A DNA stretch of 64,000 bases, from assembly GCA_001643675.2 (NCBI GenBank), contig LSRY02000039.1, positions 806,001 to 870,000 of the forward strand, read 5' to 3'. Below are positions 22,801-34,926 of the stretch, piece after piece (within the stretch, counting starts at the first letter, position 1; each line of letters opens with the position of its first letter). The stretch comes from Monocercomonoides exilis PA203 (Eukaryota; Protista; Preaxostyla). Below the pieces are notes generated by a model. That model worked only from the letters and a program-made list of their open reading frames with translations, did no database searches and had not been told where the DNA came from. The position numbers and the translations under genes are program-made.

Positions 22801-25800
22801 TTAGATCTTCGGATGAAGATGGCACATTTAATGATGATGATGATGATGATGATGTTTTCGTTTCTTTCATCTCTTTCCCTTTCTCTTTCTCCTTCCTTTT
22901 CTCCTTCCCCTTTTTCTCCTTCTTCTTCTCCTTCAAACAATGCGAATATCTCTGCAGTGTCCTGTGCACAAGCATCCTACTTCCCCCCAGAATAGTCAAA
23001 ATACACAGCACTTTCTGCAGCAGAAGAGCAGAAAACGTTCTGATGGCATTCATCTTCCTCTGCTCCCTTTGAGAAGAAGGCATATCACACTCAGTCAGAA
23101 GAGATAAGAGGCTGCCGGCAAGCGAGGAGAAGGTGTAAAGGCTGGGGATGGGGCGGTGCTGGCGGATCTGGCGGAGGAAGCGGATGGTTTCGGAGGAAAT
23201 GGAAGAAGAAGAGGAAGAAGAAAGAGAAGAAGAGGGTGAGGAGGAAGAGAATAACGATGATGAAGTGTCATAAACTTTCCCCTTTTCATTCCTCGTCCCT
23301 TGTTGTGCTTCTTCTTCTTCCATTTCTTCTTTCTCCTCCTTCTCCTCCATCATTTTGCCCATTGCTTCTGCCAAAATGTTCTTCTCCCAAAGTGAAAATG
23401 ACAGCACAGCCTGCCGAGAAGCAAGAGAAGACGACAAAACAGCAGAAATTGCATCGAAATATGGCAGCATCAGAAGCAGCTGGGAAGGAAGGAGTGCAAG
23501 TGGGGTGTCAGATATGCTTGGCCATTCACTCTCGATGGATGCTTCGACGAAGAAGGAGGAGGAAAAGAAAGGAGAAAAAGGAGAAGAAGAAGAAGAAGAA
23601 GAGAAGGAGGAAGAGGAAGAGGATGAAGAAGAAGAAACAGAAGAATGAGAATGTTTTGAAATGAGTTTAGAATTCTGCGACGTGGATGAAATGACAGATA
23701 AATTTGACATGTTTTGTGGATGTGAATTTGACATGAAATGGAGAGGGAAGAAGGGAGGTGTGCAGGAGCGAGAGAAAAGAGAGCGAAGGGTGCTCTTCAA
23801 AAGCATATCTGAAGAAGGAAGAGGAGGAGGAGGAGGAGGAGGCTGTGATGAGGGAGGAAGAGGAGGAAGGTTTGAATGATTTGACAATGAGGAGGAGGAA
23901 GAAGAGGAAGAAGAAGTGGAAGAAGAGGAAGAAGCTGAAGTGAATGGTGATGATGCTAACTGATTTGAAGATGATTTCTGTTTATTTCCTTCTTTTTTGT
24001 TGCCCTTTCCAAACGTTTGTGCTTTTAATCCTTTCGAAGTTGGTTTCATTTTCTCTTCTTTCTCTTCTCCTTCTCCTTCTCCTCCTTCTCCTTCTCCTCT
24101 CCTTCTCCACTTCTCCCCCTGTGCTGCAACAAGATGCCACTCAGCCACAGCCAGCATTGCTTCCCTCATCTTCTCCATTGACACTGCTGCTTCTGTCGCT
24201 GCTGCTTCACACCCAACCACAAGATGAGCGATGCAGCGGAGGCAGAGAGAGAAAGAGGTGAGAAGAAGGAATGTGGCAGAGAGAAGGAGGGGTTGCGCGG
24301 AGGAGGAAGAAGAGGAGGAAGAGGAAGAAGAAGAAGAAGATAAAGATAAAGATGATGATGATGATGATGATGATGACACAGAAAGAGAAGAAGATTCAGA
24401 TTCTTCATTTGAACTTGATTGAAGTGGAATGTCGAAGTGTGATGACACAAAAGGAACCATCTCTTTGAACACTTTTTCGATTTCCTCAGAAAACTTCACT
24501 TTTTCAAGCACATTCAAAATTATCTTCTTTTCTTCCTTTTTCTTTTCTTTTCTTTCTTTCTTCTCGTTCTTCTCGTTCTTCTTCTTCTTCTCATTTTCTT
24601 TCTTTTGGAGTAAACTCAATTTCTCATTCATCACATGCACTTCTCTTATGATAGCCAATATGTCGCTCAATACACCCTGTGACAGCAGCACTTTCTGCCT
24701 CTGCGAAAAGGGGAAAGAAGAAGAAAACGAGTCAAAAGAAAACAAAGAAACAGAAGAAGAAGAAGGAATATCTGCATCATTTCTGTGTGCTTTCTTTCTT
24801 TTGCGTTGGGATGAGGTTTCATCTGATGATTCGGTTGAATCATCATCATCTTCTTCTTCTTCTCTTTCTCCTTTTTCTCTCTTTTTATTCTTTCCCCCTC
24901 TCTTCAAACTATCTTCTTCTTCAAATTTTTCTTCTTCTTCCTCCTCCTCTTTCTCTTCCTCTTCCTCTTCCTCTTCCTTCTTCTCCTTCATTTCCCTCAA
25001 AACTCTCAACACCTTTTTCACTCTCAGTCTTTCAGCCTCTGGTTTCCTCAGCCTTCTGTTCCTCTCCATTTGTGTGTGGTGGAGGAGAGGGAGAGGAGGC
25101 AGCGTAGCTGAAGGATTGAGAAATGTTAAGAGAGAAGCAGTTACTTGGCACAGATCAGGAGAAAGAGAAAGGATAATTGAGAGACGATTGACGCATGAGT
25201 CATAGAGGGTTTTGATGCCTTCATCATCTTCATTGTTGTCATCTTCATTTTCTCCTTTTTTCCCTTCTTCTTTGCCTTTGGCTTTTCCTATCTTTTCTCC
25301 TTCTTTTCCGTTCTTGAAAATCTCTTCTTCTTCTTCTTCTTCTTCAGAATTCACGCCAACGCCATTCCATTCTCTTCCTTCTTCCACACACTCCTTCATC
25401 TGCCTCACAAGAGATGCAACATGCCTCGTCTCTAAGCAAAGAGCCATCCATTGCTCAGGAATCACATGGAACGTCAAAGGAGTGCAGTTGTTTTGCTGAA
25501 GAGAAGATTGACTTGAAGAAGAGGAAGAAGAAAAAGAGGAAGAAGAGGAAGAAGAAGAGGAGGATGATAAAACCTCATCCATTCCCGAGTGATGTTGTGA
25601 AGATGATAAGCAGAGCATTCCAACAGGTGAAGCATTGAAAGAGACGCTTGAGGAAAGAGATTGTTGTGCAAGACGAGGCGGAACTGGCATCGAAGGCAGA
25701 AGATGCTCACAGACAGAAGATGATGCCTTATGAGGCAAAAGAGATGAAGATAAAGAGGAGGAGGAGGAGGAGGAGGAAGGAGAATAGGAAGAGGAAGAAG

Positions 25801-27114
25801 CAGAAGAAGAAGAAGATGATGATGATGATGACAACGATGATCCAAGCAGTGCTGTTAATGTATTGTTTGAGCGAGTGTTGCGCACTTGCTGCATAGAAAC
25901 AGCACACCCTGTGACTTCATGCACCAAAACGAAAGAGTCTCCAGACATCGCCACTTGCCTCCTGCTGTTTGGCCGCATCTCATTCGCAAATTGCTCGGAA
26001 GACGGAGCATCTGCTGCAGATTGATGTGCAATTTCAGCTGAACACACCTCAAAAATTGTGTTTCGGCGGAGCTGGTTTACTTTGCCCTGCTGTTCACAAA
26101 CAGATGTGTTGAGTCTTTTAACCTCTGATTCCAAAGCTTCAATGGAACATTTCGCTTCCTCTTGCTCCTCTGCTTCTGTCGATTGTTTCTTCGTCATCGT
26201 CTCCGTTGTTGTTATCGCAATGTCATTCTTCAAATTCTTCTTCTTCTTCATTTTTAATTTTATTTTCATTTTCTTCTTCAGTTTCCTCAATTTCTCAGTC
26301 AAATTCTTCCTTTTCGTAAGCAGCGCTGCCAGTTCTGCTTCCTCCTTCCACAGTGGAAGCAGCTCCAGACACTTCGGCACCTGTTTGATTGAATCTTTCC
26401 TCTTCTCTCCATTCAAAGCAGAAGATGTTGTGTGTTTGCTGTTTGAAGCCAAATATTGAGCAGATGACGAAGAAATTTTTGATGGAAGAGAAGAAGAAAG
26501 AGAAGATGAAGCAGAAGCAGAAGAAGAAATGGCAGAAACCGCAGAAAGAGAAGTTGCTTGCTTTGGAGCAGCAGAGCCATCAGCAGCCTTCAGCCGCCCA
26601 ACAAAATACGACAAGTCCCTCGCTTTCCCCTCTTGTGCCTGTCTAAACTGCTCTTCGTCAAAACCCACATGCTCGTCGGTGCTTCGGAATCGCAGCCGGA
26701 TCCAATCTCCGCATCTGATTTCATTCTGCTCTTCGCTTTCTTCTTCTGATTCTTCTTCTTCTTCTTCTTCTTTTGCTTTGGCTTCTGCTTCTTCTTCTCT
26801 TTCATCTTCTCTTGACCTTCCCCTCCTTTTCATCTTTTCTTCCCTCTCGTTTTCATCCTCTTCCTCTGCCAGCAAAGCATTTGGCCTCTCTTCCATTTCT
26901 GTTCCCATCCAACTTCTCTTGCAAGCACCGTATTTTGTGCCACAAGCAGCAGAAGAGCCAAACAGCTCTTTTCTTTCTCGTCTGCTCACTTTCTCCACCA
27001 CAAACGCATCCCCTGTGCTGAACGGCATGCTCTGAGCAGCGGATCCAGAAAGCTTTTTGACACAAAGTTTTCTCTTTGTTCGGTGCAAAGGTGATGATTT
27101 CACTTTCACAATTG

Positions 27115-27146
<32 letters not shown>

Positions 27147-28233
27147 GAAAAGAAAAGAAAAGAAAAGAAAAGAAAATAAAGAAAAGAAAAAATAGTCAAA
27201 AGGAAAAGGAAATGAAATGAAATGAATCAGATGGAGAGGTTTTTTTAAAAAAAAAAAAAGGATATCTAAAGAATATCAAACTTTCAGTGCAGATAATTCC
27301 ATTAGATGAATTTGCTGTCAAAGAAATGATGGATCCAGACACAATAACCTCTTCAGCTTGCTTTTCTTTGCTTTTTCCTATTTTAGTCTTTCTTTCTGTT
27401 TCTTTACTACTCGTGTCGTAGCTAACGCTGCTAAAGATTTTCATCCGCCACTCTTTCTTCTGCGAAACAGAAACTCCTGTTCCTCGCTCATCGACCTTTT
27501 GCACAAACACACAATCCATCAAAAGTTTATTGATGAACCAGATAAATTATTATAAAAATGAAAAAATGTTTTTTGATGCACTGTTGCACACCGCAAGGAA
27601 TAACCCAGTAAGCTTATGTCGCAGTACAACGCGATCATTCTTTGTTATAATCATTCCTTTGAACATCTGCTGATTTACACCTTCAATGAACCACAAAACT
27701 AAAATAAAAGTCAAACAATATCATTGAGAATAAAAATAACAATAAAAATAATTATTGCAAAAGAATGTCATCCAACCTTCAGGCGAAGAGTTTTCACAGC
27801 GCTTCATAAACGGCATGATTTCTCCTGTTTCCGAATTAAATCGTTCTTTGCGTGCTGCAAGGCAGCTCCCGGTAACTACACACTAAATTTTTTTTAAAAA
27901 AAATACATATTCAACAAATTAAGCATTAATGCTAACCTTCAATGTCACTGCGCTACCGAATTTTAAATGTCTTTAAAAGTCTTTATATTGAAATATTTCA
28001 TACACCAATGAAAATACATACTTCTCCGCTCCATTTCGTGTTTCTTGTGCAGGGATGATGCGCCACAAATTGTACTTCGAGTCTTCATCAACGTAGGGTT
28101 CTGCTTCAGAAATCAGGTGCTGAATCGACAATAAATGGTGATCCGCGTTTAAGACGCCTGGCTTCCCTCCCTTCTTTGGGACAGTGATTAAACGTACTAT
28201 TGTGTAGTAATCAATGCATTGATTGGCACTCAT
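7694..28233 (-). CDS. Giant IP3 receptor/ryanodine receptor-family Ca2+ channel with a C-terminal Pro-rich, SH3, SAH and villin-headpiece extension (about 6 exons, last exon ~19.4 kb)
   Basis: Spliced 5' exons give beta-trefoil/MIR motifs (HLKFGSAVTLK; LWFIEG...DRVVLRHKLTGLFLA). RIH-associated motifs LCEGHNLQSQNLIRDQ...LTEVLQGPCVGNQ, and SVEVMRNGIVQELFY. Multi-TM region, S6 LFNIVSGIIIDAFGELRE, and Zn-binding CFVCGL...HIEAQH. GT-AG exons read at 28233-28022, 27970-27937, ~27883-27778 and 27698-27592; exon 5 and the start of the last exon (~27103) are approximate. Confidence 0.9.
8185..10100 (-). repeat. E/K/R-rich single-alpha-helix-like coding repeat (about 600+ aa)
   Basis: Iterated EEEERKRK/EEEERLRR blocks with i,i+4 charge alternation and almost no Pro/Gly. 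Confidence 0.8.
10212..10385 (-). other. SH3 domain within the channel ORF
   Basis: VKVLYNFKPPAGESRCLAIKKGEELLLVEKKEQWWMCENGKGERGICPFNYLKV carries the ALYxF-like, L.i.KGe, WW and G..P.NY SH3 motifs. Confidence 0.9.
11700..12800 (-). other. IP3R/RyR transmembrane channel domain plus C-terminal Zn-finger linker
   Basis: Several hydrophobic helices, pore helix CLSVWSCFLALLGQFPTGGEW, S6 IIIDAFGELREE, and CFVCGL...FTRHIEAQHSPW...ELNGDESFM...FFPVG. Confidence 0.9.
27116..27200 (+). repeat. (AAAAG)n microsatellite in the last intron of the channel gene
   Basis: Tandem pentamer. It accounts for the spurious FFSFL start of the 6501-aa ORF. Confidence 0.85.
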
Positions 28234-28859
28234 TATTGCCAGGGAGCAACGTTCAAAGCAAAATAAATAATAATGAATTTTATTACAAATTAGATCAATC
28301 AATTGAAATTAATCAATTTTAACAATGATAAATTAAAATATGAAAAAATATTCCAATTTTTTCTGTTTCAAAACTATTAATTCAACTTTTTCTCATTGAT
28401 GCTGTTTTTGTGGTGTTCAATATTCTTGAACAACTGTATTAATTTTTTTGAAAATGTGTTTGTTTAATTTTGATAAATGTTCTTTTGTGGTCCGATTGCA
28501 GAATGAAACAATACACTGCAACCCAAATTCATTTTATTTGTGTTCCACATGTTAATATTTGTTGTTTAATAACTTTTTCGGTAACTGCCAACTCCGGGTT
28601 TTGAATTAAAACAAAAATGAATTTTCAAAGAAAATATATTATTTTGGGTCAAAATGCAAATGAAAAAAATAAATTCATCACAATTCGAACTCGGATACAT
28701 CTGTTCCATCGCCGGCTTTTTAAGAATCTGATTCATCTTCAGTTTCTTTATCATTTTCATTTTAAACTGGCACATCACTTTCATCAGATTCTTCGGTTTC
28801 ATCTTTTTCGGATTCATCAATTTCTTTTTCAACATTTAAGGGCTTATAAACGAGTAATT

Positions 28860-29670
28860 ATTGAATGAAATCTTCAAATTCAAGTGTCTCTGATCTTTTT
28901 CCAGCAAAGCTTGTCACAAAGTCATCAATGTATTTTTCTTTAATTCCATTTCTAGGAAGAGATTTTCGAAAGCTTGACCAAGTGCTTTCAATCAAATTTG
29001 TGCAAATTCAACTTTCTGGATCCACAAATTTGTATTTGCGACAAACAGTGTGATGATCATAACCTGAAGATGATTGTGAGCTGCAGGTTTTCCACTCATC
29101 TGAGTGAAAAGTTGATCTTGAATTTATGAAATTTTCGATTATTGGTGTTAATGTCTCATTTTTTTTCTATTTTTTCACTCTCACAATCAAACATTTCCCT
29201 TTCTTTCCATCATGTTTTCTTTCTATCATTCCGAATAATTATATATGTTTCTTTCTTCTTCCTTTTCTAAACTTTCTTTTTCGAAAATTGTTCCAGGACC
29301 ACAAAGCTTTTCAAGAGATAGTGGACAGTTATCAATCATGCAGGCTCTTTCAACAGATAAAATATCACAAACAGATAGACAAGTGATGTCAGTCATCAAG
29401 CTGCATCCGTATTTTCTTCAACATTTATCCAATAACACAAAAATATCATCATTATTTTGTTGATCGGAATAATTGAATATTTAAAGGCGCTATTGCTAAT
29501 GTGAACAGCATTTTTTTCACATCAAACACCAGTGATTTCAGAAATTCCCTAGCTTTTGAAGCAAAATTCCAATTGCACTTGGAGCATCTTCTGTTTGCCA
29601 TAAAAGAAAAAACAGTTGTTAACAAGTTGCAAGTTGCTTTATTAACTTTTATGTGCTTCTCAAACATGTT
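28860..29670 (-). pseudogene. Merlin/IS1595 (ISXO2-like) DDE transposase remnant
   Basis: Manual translation gives LCGPGTIFE...FGMIERKHDGKKGKCLIVRVKK*KKNETLTPIIENFINSRSTFHSDEWK...GYDHHTVCRKYKFVDPES*ICTNLIESTWSSFRK. This matches the Merlin FG.IER / TL.PII / SD.W / H.TV / FVDP / TN.IES.W pattern, with in-frame stops. Confidence 0.85.
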
Positions 29671-29869
29671 TAAAATTTTTGGGAAAGTTGAATTTCAAAA
29701 TAATCAAAACTTTACAAACACTGATGATACTTGAAAATATTTCATCATTTTGAAGGAATCATTTTTTTTTGAAACTGAGTGATTGCATTGAAATTAACTT
29801 TTTGAAAATGAATTAGAACTTTACATCAAAATTTAAGTGAGTGCTTTGAATAGTAATATGTTTCAGTAT

Positions 29870-30155
29870 TTGACAAAATATGGGGAAAAATATCGACTTT
29901 CAAGCTTTTTATGCACAATGCATGAAAAAATTGTTTCACTAATAACATAAATAACATTTTCATGTTTCAAAATTAATTTGATTTACAAAACTGTGAACAA
30001 ACATCATTGATGAAAAAAAAAAAACACTTTGTGACCTCACATGTATTTCAAAAAATAAACCCATTTTATTCATATCTTTTGATTGCAAAAAAATCTCCAG
30101 AGGTGCATTATTTTTCAATGAAAATGCCCGAAGTCAAATATTTTGTCCCATATGA
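29870..30155 (+). repeat. Dispersed ~280-bp repeat (other copies at ~905-1180 + and ~53545-53830 -)
   Basis: Shared blocks GGGAAAA(A)TA..GACTTT(T)CAAGCTTTTT..GCACAA and TTTTTCAATGAAAATGCC.GAAGT.AAATATTTTG. The ORF track gives FSMKMPEVKYF in two of the copies. Confidence 0.7.
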
Positions 30156-30511
30156 AAAAATTGCAATAATAAAATACTCAAAAAATAAAAACAACTTTCT
30201 TCTTTCTTTCTTTTTTAAGAATATTACTAAAAGTCACAAGCTTCAATTTTCAAGAACGATAAACCTAAAGTCAGAACGATACCAGAGGCTTTTGAACAAA
30301 GAAAAACTTTCTGGAATAAATCGTTTATCAATTTGAAATTTTTTATTTCATTTTTGTTTTGCGTACTTCTTCATTTTAACGAAATAAAGTGGGACAAAAA
30401 ATAAAATATATTAATAAAATCCCCAAATGACGATTTTCATGATATTTTTCGAAATGATGCAAAAATGAAAATATAATTTTTGAGCTACAAAATGAAATGC
30501 ATCTCATTTCC

Positions 30512-32014
30512 TCAAACATTCACAAAATAATCAGAAATATGTGCAGATAATCTACCAGAAAAAAAATATAAATCATTAAGAAAATCAAATATTCCATGCA
30601 TGCTAATGATGACATCTTCATATCCTTCTTCTTCCATCATTTCTAGCACTTTCCTTTTCAATTCTTTTCTTTTCATTTCATCCTTTTCATAATACCACTT
30701 TCCTTCCATTTCATCATCATAAAGAAATGGAAGAAAAGGACGATCCTCTTTTTTTAATCGATATGAAATATAGCCAAAAAATTCCAAGATTTTTTTAACC
30801 TTTTGATCATTCAATGTTGATATGTGGATCTCCTTCAAAAATACATCAATGGCTCCACTCTCCGAAAAGTCTTTAACTTTTGATCCGCTTCTTTTTGCAG
30901 CAGTATTAAGTAAACCAATGCATCCCTTGCAAATTTCTCTGTGATTATCCTTTGCCGCTCTAAACACCATAACAATGCTGCTTAAAAGCCCAGCACACTC
31001 TTCATTCCTCAACCAACACTCACCAAAATAAATGTTTAGCGTTTCAATCCATCTCAATAAAATAAGCTCTTCTTTCTTTTCTTTCCCCTTTTCTTCTTTC
31101 TCTTTCTTCCAATCTTCACATTTTGAAAGATCTTCCAGTTCGCTTGCTGCCTCCTTTCCAAAATGCAGATCATTCACGACGACTTTTTCAAAATTTCGAT
31201 CGTTAAATAATATGTTCATCAAAAACAACCAAGCTGATTGACAGGCAAGATGAGTGAGATTGTGGTGCTGTTGATGAAACAGGATAATAACTTTGAGCTC
31301 ATTCAAATATAGTTCTTTTGGCACATTCTAATTAAAGATAAAAAATGAGAAAAAAAATATTTAAACAAAAAACAAATAGAAAAGCTCATACATTTCCTTT
31401 TCTTAAGCAACTCAAAGCCAATAATGCCATTTCCACTTCTTTTCGTGTTTCCTCGTCTTCCTCTTTCTTCAATGCAACTTTTAGAAGGCAAGGCACGCAA
31501 AATAAATCCAATTCTGATGAATAGGAGTTATTTAACATTAAAAAGCATTCGCAAAGATCGACAAGAAGTTTTTCATCCTTTTCTTCTTTCTTCTTTTCTT
31601 CAGCAATAATCATCATTCCAAATATTCCGCACAATGAAGATTCCCTAAAGTTATACGTCCATATTCCTTTCAGCGCATTTAAATACCCAATGTGCTTCAA
31701 CATCAAAGCTGCATTTCCCACTGATATTTTACTTTCTTCAATCATAAAGTGTATTTTGTTGAACATTTCGATATTAAAAACGGATCCAATCTCATTTGTA
31801 TTCAGTTCATTTACCATTTCGTTCATTTCTTCTATTTTCTGTTTTTTCTCTTCCTCATCACACTGTTCCATCTCAGAAAACATTTCTTAAAAAAAAACAA
31901 AAAAAGTAATATCAAGCAATTCAAATACAATAAAAACCACAAACCAGTAAGCTTACCTACTATGTTCTTCACTAGCTTCATTGAAAACATATAGGATTCA
32001 GATACCTGCGCCAT
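30512..32014 (-). CDS. Uncharacterised lineage-expanded family protein (3 exons, apparently intact)
   Basis: Family motifs EKLLVDLCEC, KEVEMALLALS, HQ.HHNLT.LA..SAW, KV.E.MEEEGYED and terminal DYFVNV*, shared with 61244-62600 and partly with 33390-34926. Short AT-rich introns. Confidence 0.75.
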
Positions 32015-33387
32015 TTTGACATAAACATTGAATAAGCATAAGTTCGGATAAAGAAAACAGATGAAAACAAAAAACTCAAAACAATCATAAAAATATCAGC
32101 ATCCATACAATCATCCTTTGTATTGGCATTTTTGACAAGGTATCACAAAGATGAAAAACACTTTATCTTTTCAGTGTTGTTGTTATGGTACCAACGATCA
32201 AATTATATCTTTTGAACTGGAATATTCATTTATTAATTGGGAATTGCACGAGTGAATATTATCTGTAGAATTCGAAATATTATTTCCTGTGGTGGCACAA
32301 GGCAATGACTGCAATGCAATAGTTTTGAAATTCTGTTAGAAAATTTTTGGAAATTGGAAGACCAAAGAGATACGACAAATTTATTTTTGAATGAAAATAT
32401 CAGCATGTATGTAAATTTTATTGTCCTATTGATTGTGAGGATATTTCCATCCATATCCTTTCCAAAGTGCAGGAATCCGAATTATTGTTGAAATGGCCAA
32501 TCTCAGTTTTGAAGAGCAAGACGACAGGAATAGAGCTGATTATTGTGTTGCAATTGAGAAATAAATGAAGTTACGCAAGATTTATGAAATTTCATCATTT
32601 TTTGATTGGAACAAGAGGTGAAAACAAACTCAAATTATGTTTTATTGAATGAAGACAAAGAGGATGGAATTCTTTGAAAAAACAAGAACAATCAAAATTA
32701 TATTGGATTTTGGAGCATGAGGAAGAGGAGTAGTTTTTTGTATTTTTGGACAAGGAAAGTGGTTGGCTGTGTGGAAAGCGGATATTAGTAACAAAAAGAG
32801 GCAAAGAAATGAATGCAAAGGGATGAGATTGGAGCTCGGCACAAGTATTGAGCTGACCATCATCTGTTTTTGCAGTCATAAAGGTGTGCCCATGTATTGT
32901 GGAATGCGTTTTTAACAAATCATGGTTTTTGGTAGCTATGCTGTTGAAACAGATGAAATGAAGATCAGCAGCTTCTGTTTCAGGCCATGCTTTTGAAAGA
33001 ATAACAAAACTTGAGAGGATTGCTTCAATCACACTCCATCTTATACCTTTGAAGGATTTGCGAAACAAGCAGACAAAAGTCTTGGAACTTCGGCATCACG
33101 ACCCGCTTTTGATGATGTTGAAATGACATGATGAATGCGTTGAAAACACAGAATCATCATCGTCCTCGTAGTCATTGGATTCTTCTTCTTCTTCTTCTTC
33201 TTCTTTTTTCTTTTTCTTTTTTTCTTTTCTTTTCTTTTTTTTTTTTCCATTTCATCTAAGCGAAGTGGGATAAATGAAAAATTTCTTGAAAAAATTCTCC
33301 AAATGACAGATTATTTTTTATTTTGTGAAATGTTGCAAAAAAAAAAATGTTAAATTCTGAAAGGCAAAATATGAGCCACTCAGTTCC

Positions 33388-34926
33388 TCAAACATTCACA
33401 GAAAAATCTAAAATATAAAACAACAATTCATAATAATTGGATTCATCAACCAGAAACTGCAGCAGCCACTTCATGCTCAGAGCATCTGACGGCTTTGCTG
33501 GAACATGCATCTTTCCTCCTTCCTTCAGCTTGTCTCGCTTATTTTCTTTCCAGCGCTACAATTCGAATTCGGGAATTGGGATTGTCAGCTGCAACAGATC
33601 GAAAAAAAATCACGCTCAAAATAACAAGAACTTTCGCAAATCAACAGATTGAACAGTTCATAACATCAAATTATTGCAGTTAAGAAAAAAAAAACGCATT
33701 TCTTCTATTCGAATATTCCCTTTCCGAAATGCACCACAGGGATGTCAAAAAAGCCTCCTTCTTCCAGTTTTTCAATCAATGCCCTGATCAGCATCTTCCA
33801 TCTATTCTCATCATTTCCACTATTCTTTATGATGATTAATTTTTTTTTTTGTATTCTGAAAATAAAAAAAGGCAGCATCTGAAAACCTCGTTTTCCAGTT
33901 CAAGTTGATCTATTCCACTGGCAATGAAATCCACAGCTCCAGCTCTCAAAAAGTCGTCAATGTTCATTTTCCCCATTGTTGCCATATCCTTCATGACAAT
34001 AACATTCTTTAAAACAATATCACTTTGAAACCCATTTACTTCTTTGCTAATTCTTGAGATGCATCGAAATAGCCCAGGATTCTCTTCCAGTCGACCATTA
34101 TTGACTTTGTAAAAAATGTGAAGCGTCTTCATCCATCTTTTAATAATCAACACATTTTTCCATTCTCTTTCGTTCTTCTCTTTCACCGCCCAGTCCACTA
34201 AGTGTTCCAGATTTTCCAATTCCTGAGTTGCTTCTCGCATAAAATGAATCTCATTCAAAATCACTTCCTCAATTTCCCTTTCGCAAAAAAATCTGTTGAT
34301 TAAGAATCCCCATGCAGACTGATATGCAAGTCGTGTCAGATTGTTATGCTCTTGATGATATTTAATTATATTTGTTATCTCATTCAAATAGCAACCTTTG
34401 TGCACGTACTGATAAGGTTTACAGGAAATCAATTAAAACGAGATTAAGAAAAATGATGTCAAATCACACCACAAAATGTCCAATACTGCTCAATGCTTGT
34501 AAAGCTTCTTCCACCTCTTTTTGTGTTTCCTCACTTTCCTCTTTGTTAATCGCCACTTTCCCAATATAAGCAAACAATTTGAAAGTAACTGAGGCGAGAA
34601 ATTACATCTGGGAGACATTTGGCATTCACAAAGATCTAGCTGTAGCTTTTCATCTTTTCCCTGTTCTTTCTTATCATTTTCTTCTGTTATCATCTTTTCA
34701 ATTCTTTTTTTTATTCTATCAATCGAATCGAAACAAAAAACAGACTCAACACTTCACCATTCAAATCATCCATCAGTCCATTCATTTCTTCAATCTTCTG
34801 TTTCTATGTTTCCTCGTTGCAACGTCTCAGTTCAGAAAATATTTCTTTTTGAAACAACAAAGATAATAGGTGTGAAATCAACAATGAAAATGATCAAACG
34901 AGAAAACTGCTGCTTTTGGGCCATTT
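33388..34926 (-). pseudogene. Degenerate copy of the same expanded family
   Basis: KLQLDLCEC and YHQEHNNLTRLAYQSAW are present, but the ORFs are broken by frameshifts. A DFSVNV*-like end lies at ~33390. Confidence 0.65.

Noticed and set aside
27103-27199. Hydrophobic FFSFL N-terminus of the 6501-aa ORF as a signal peptide
   Set aside because: It is the translation of an intronic (CTTTT)n microsatellite. The true start is in upstream exons.
32200-33250. Short minus-strand ORFs that look coding-like
   Set aside because: No recognisable family motif, and the frames do not join convincingly.
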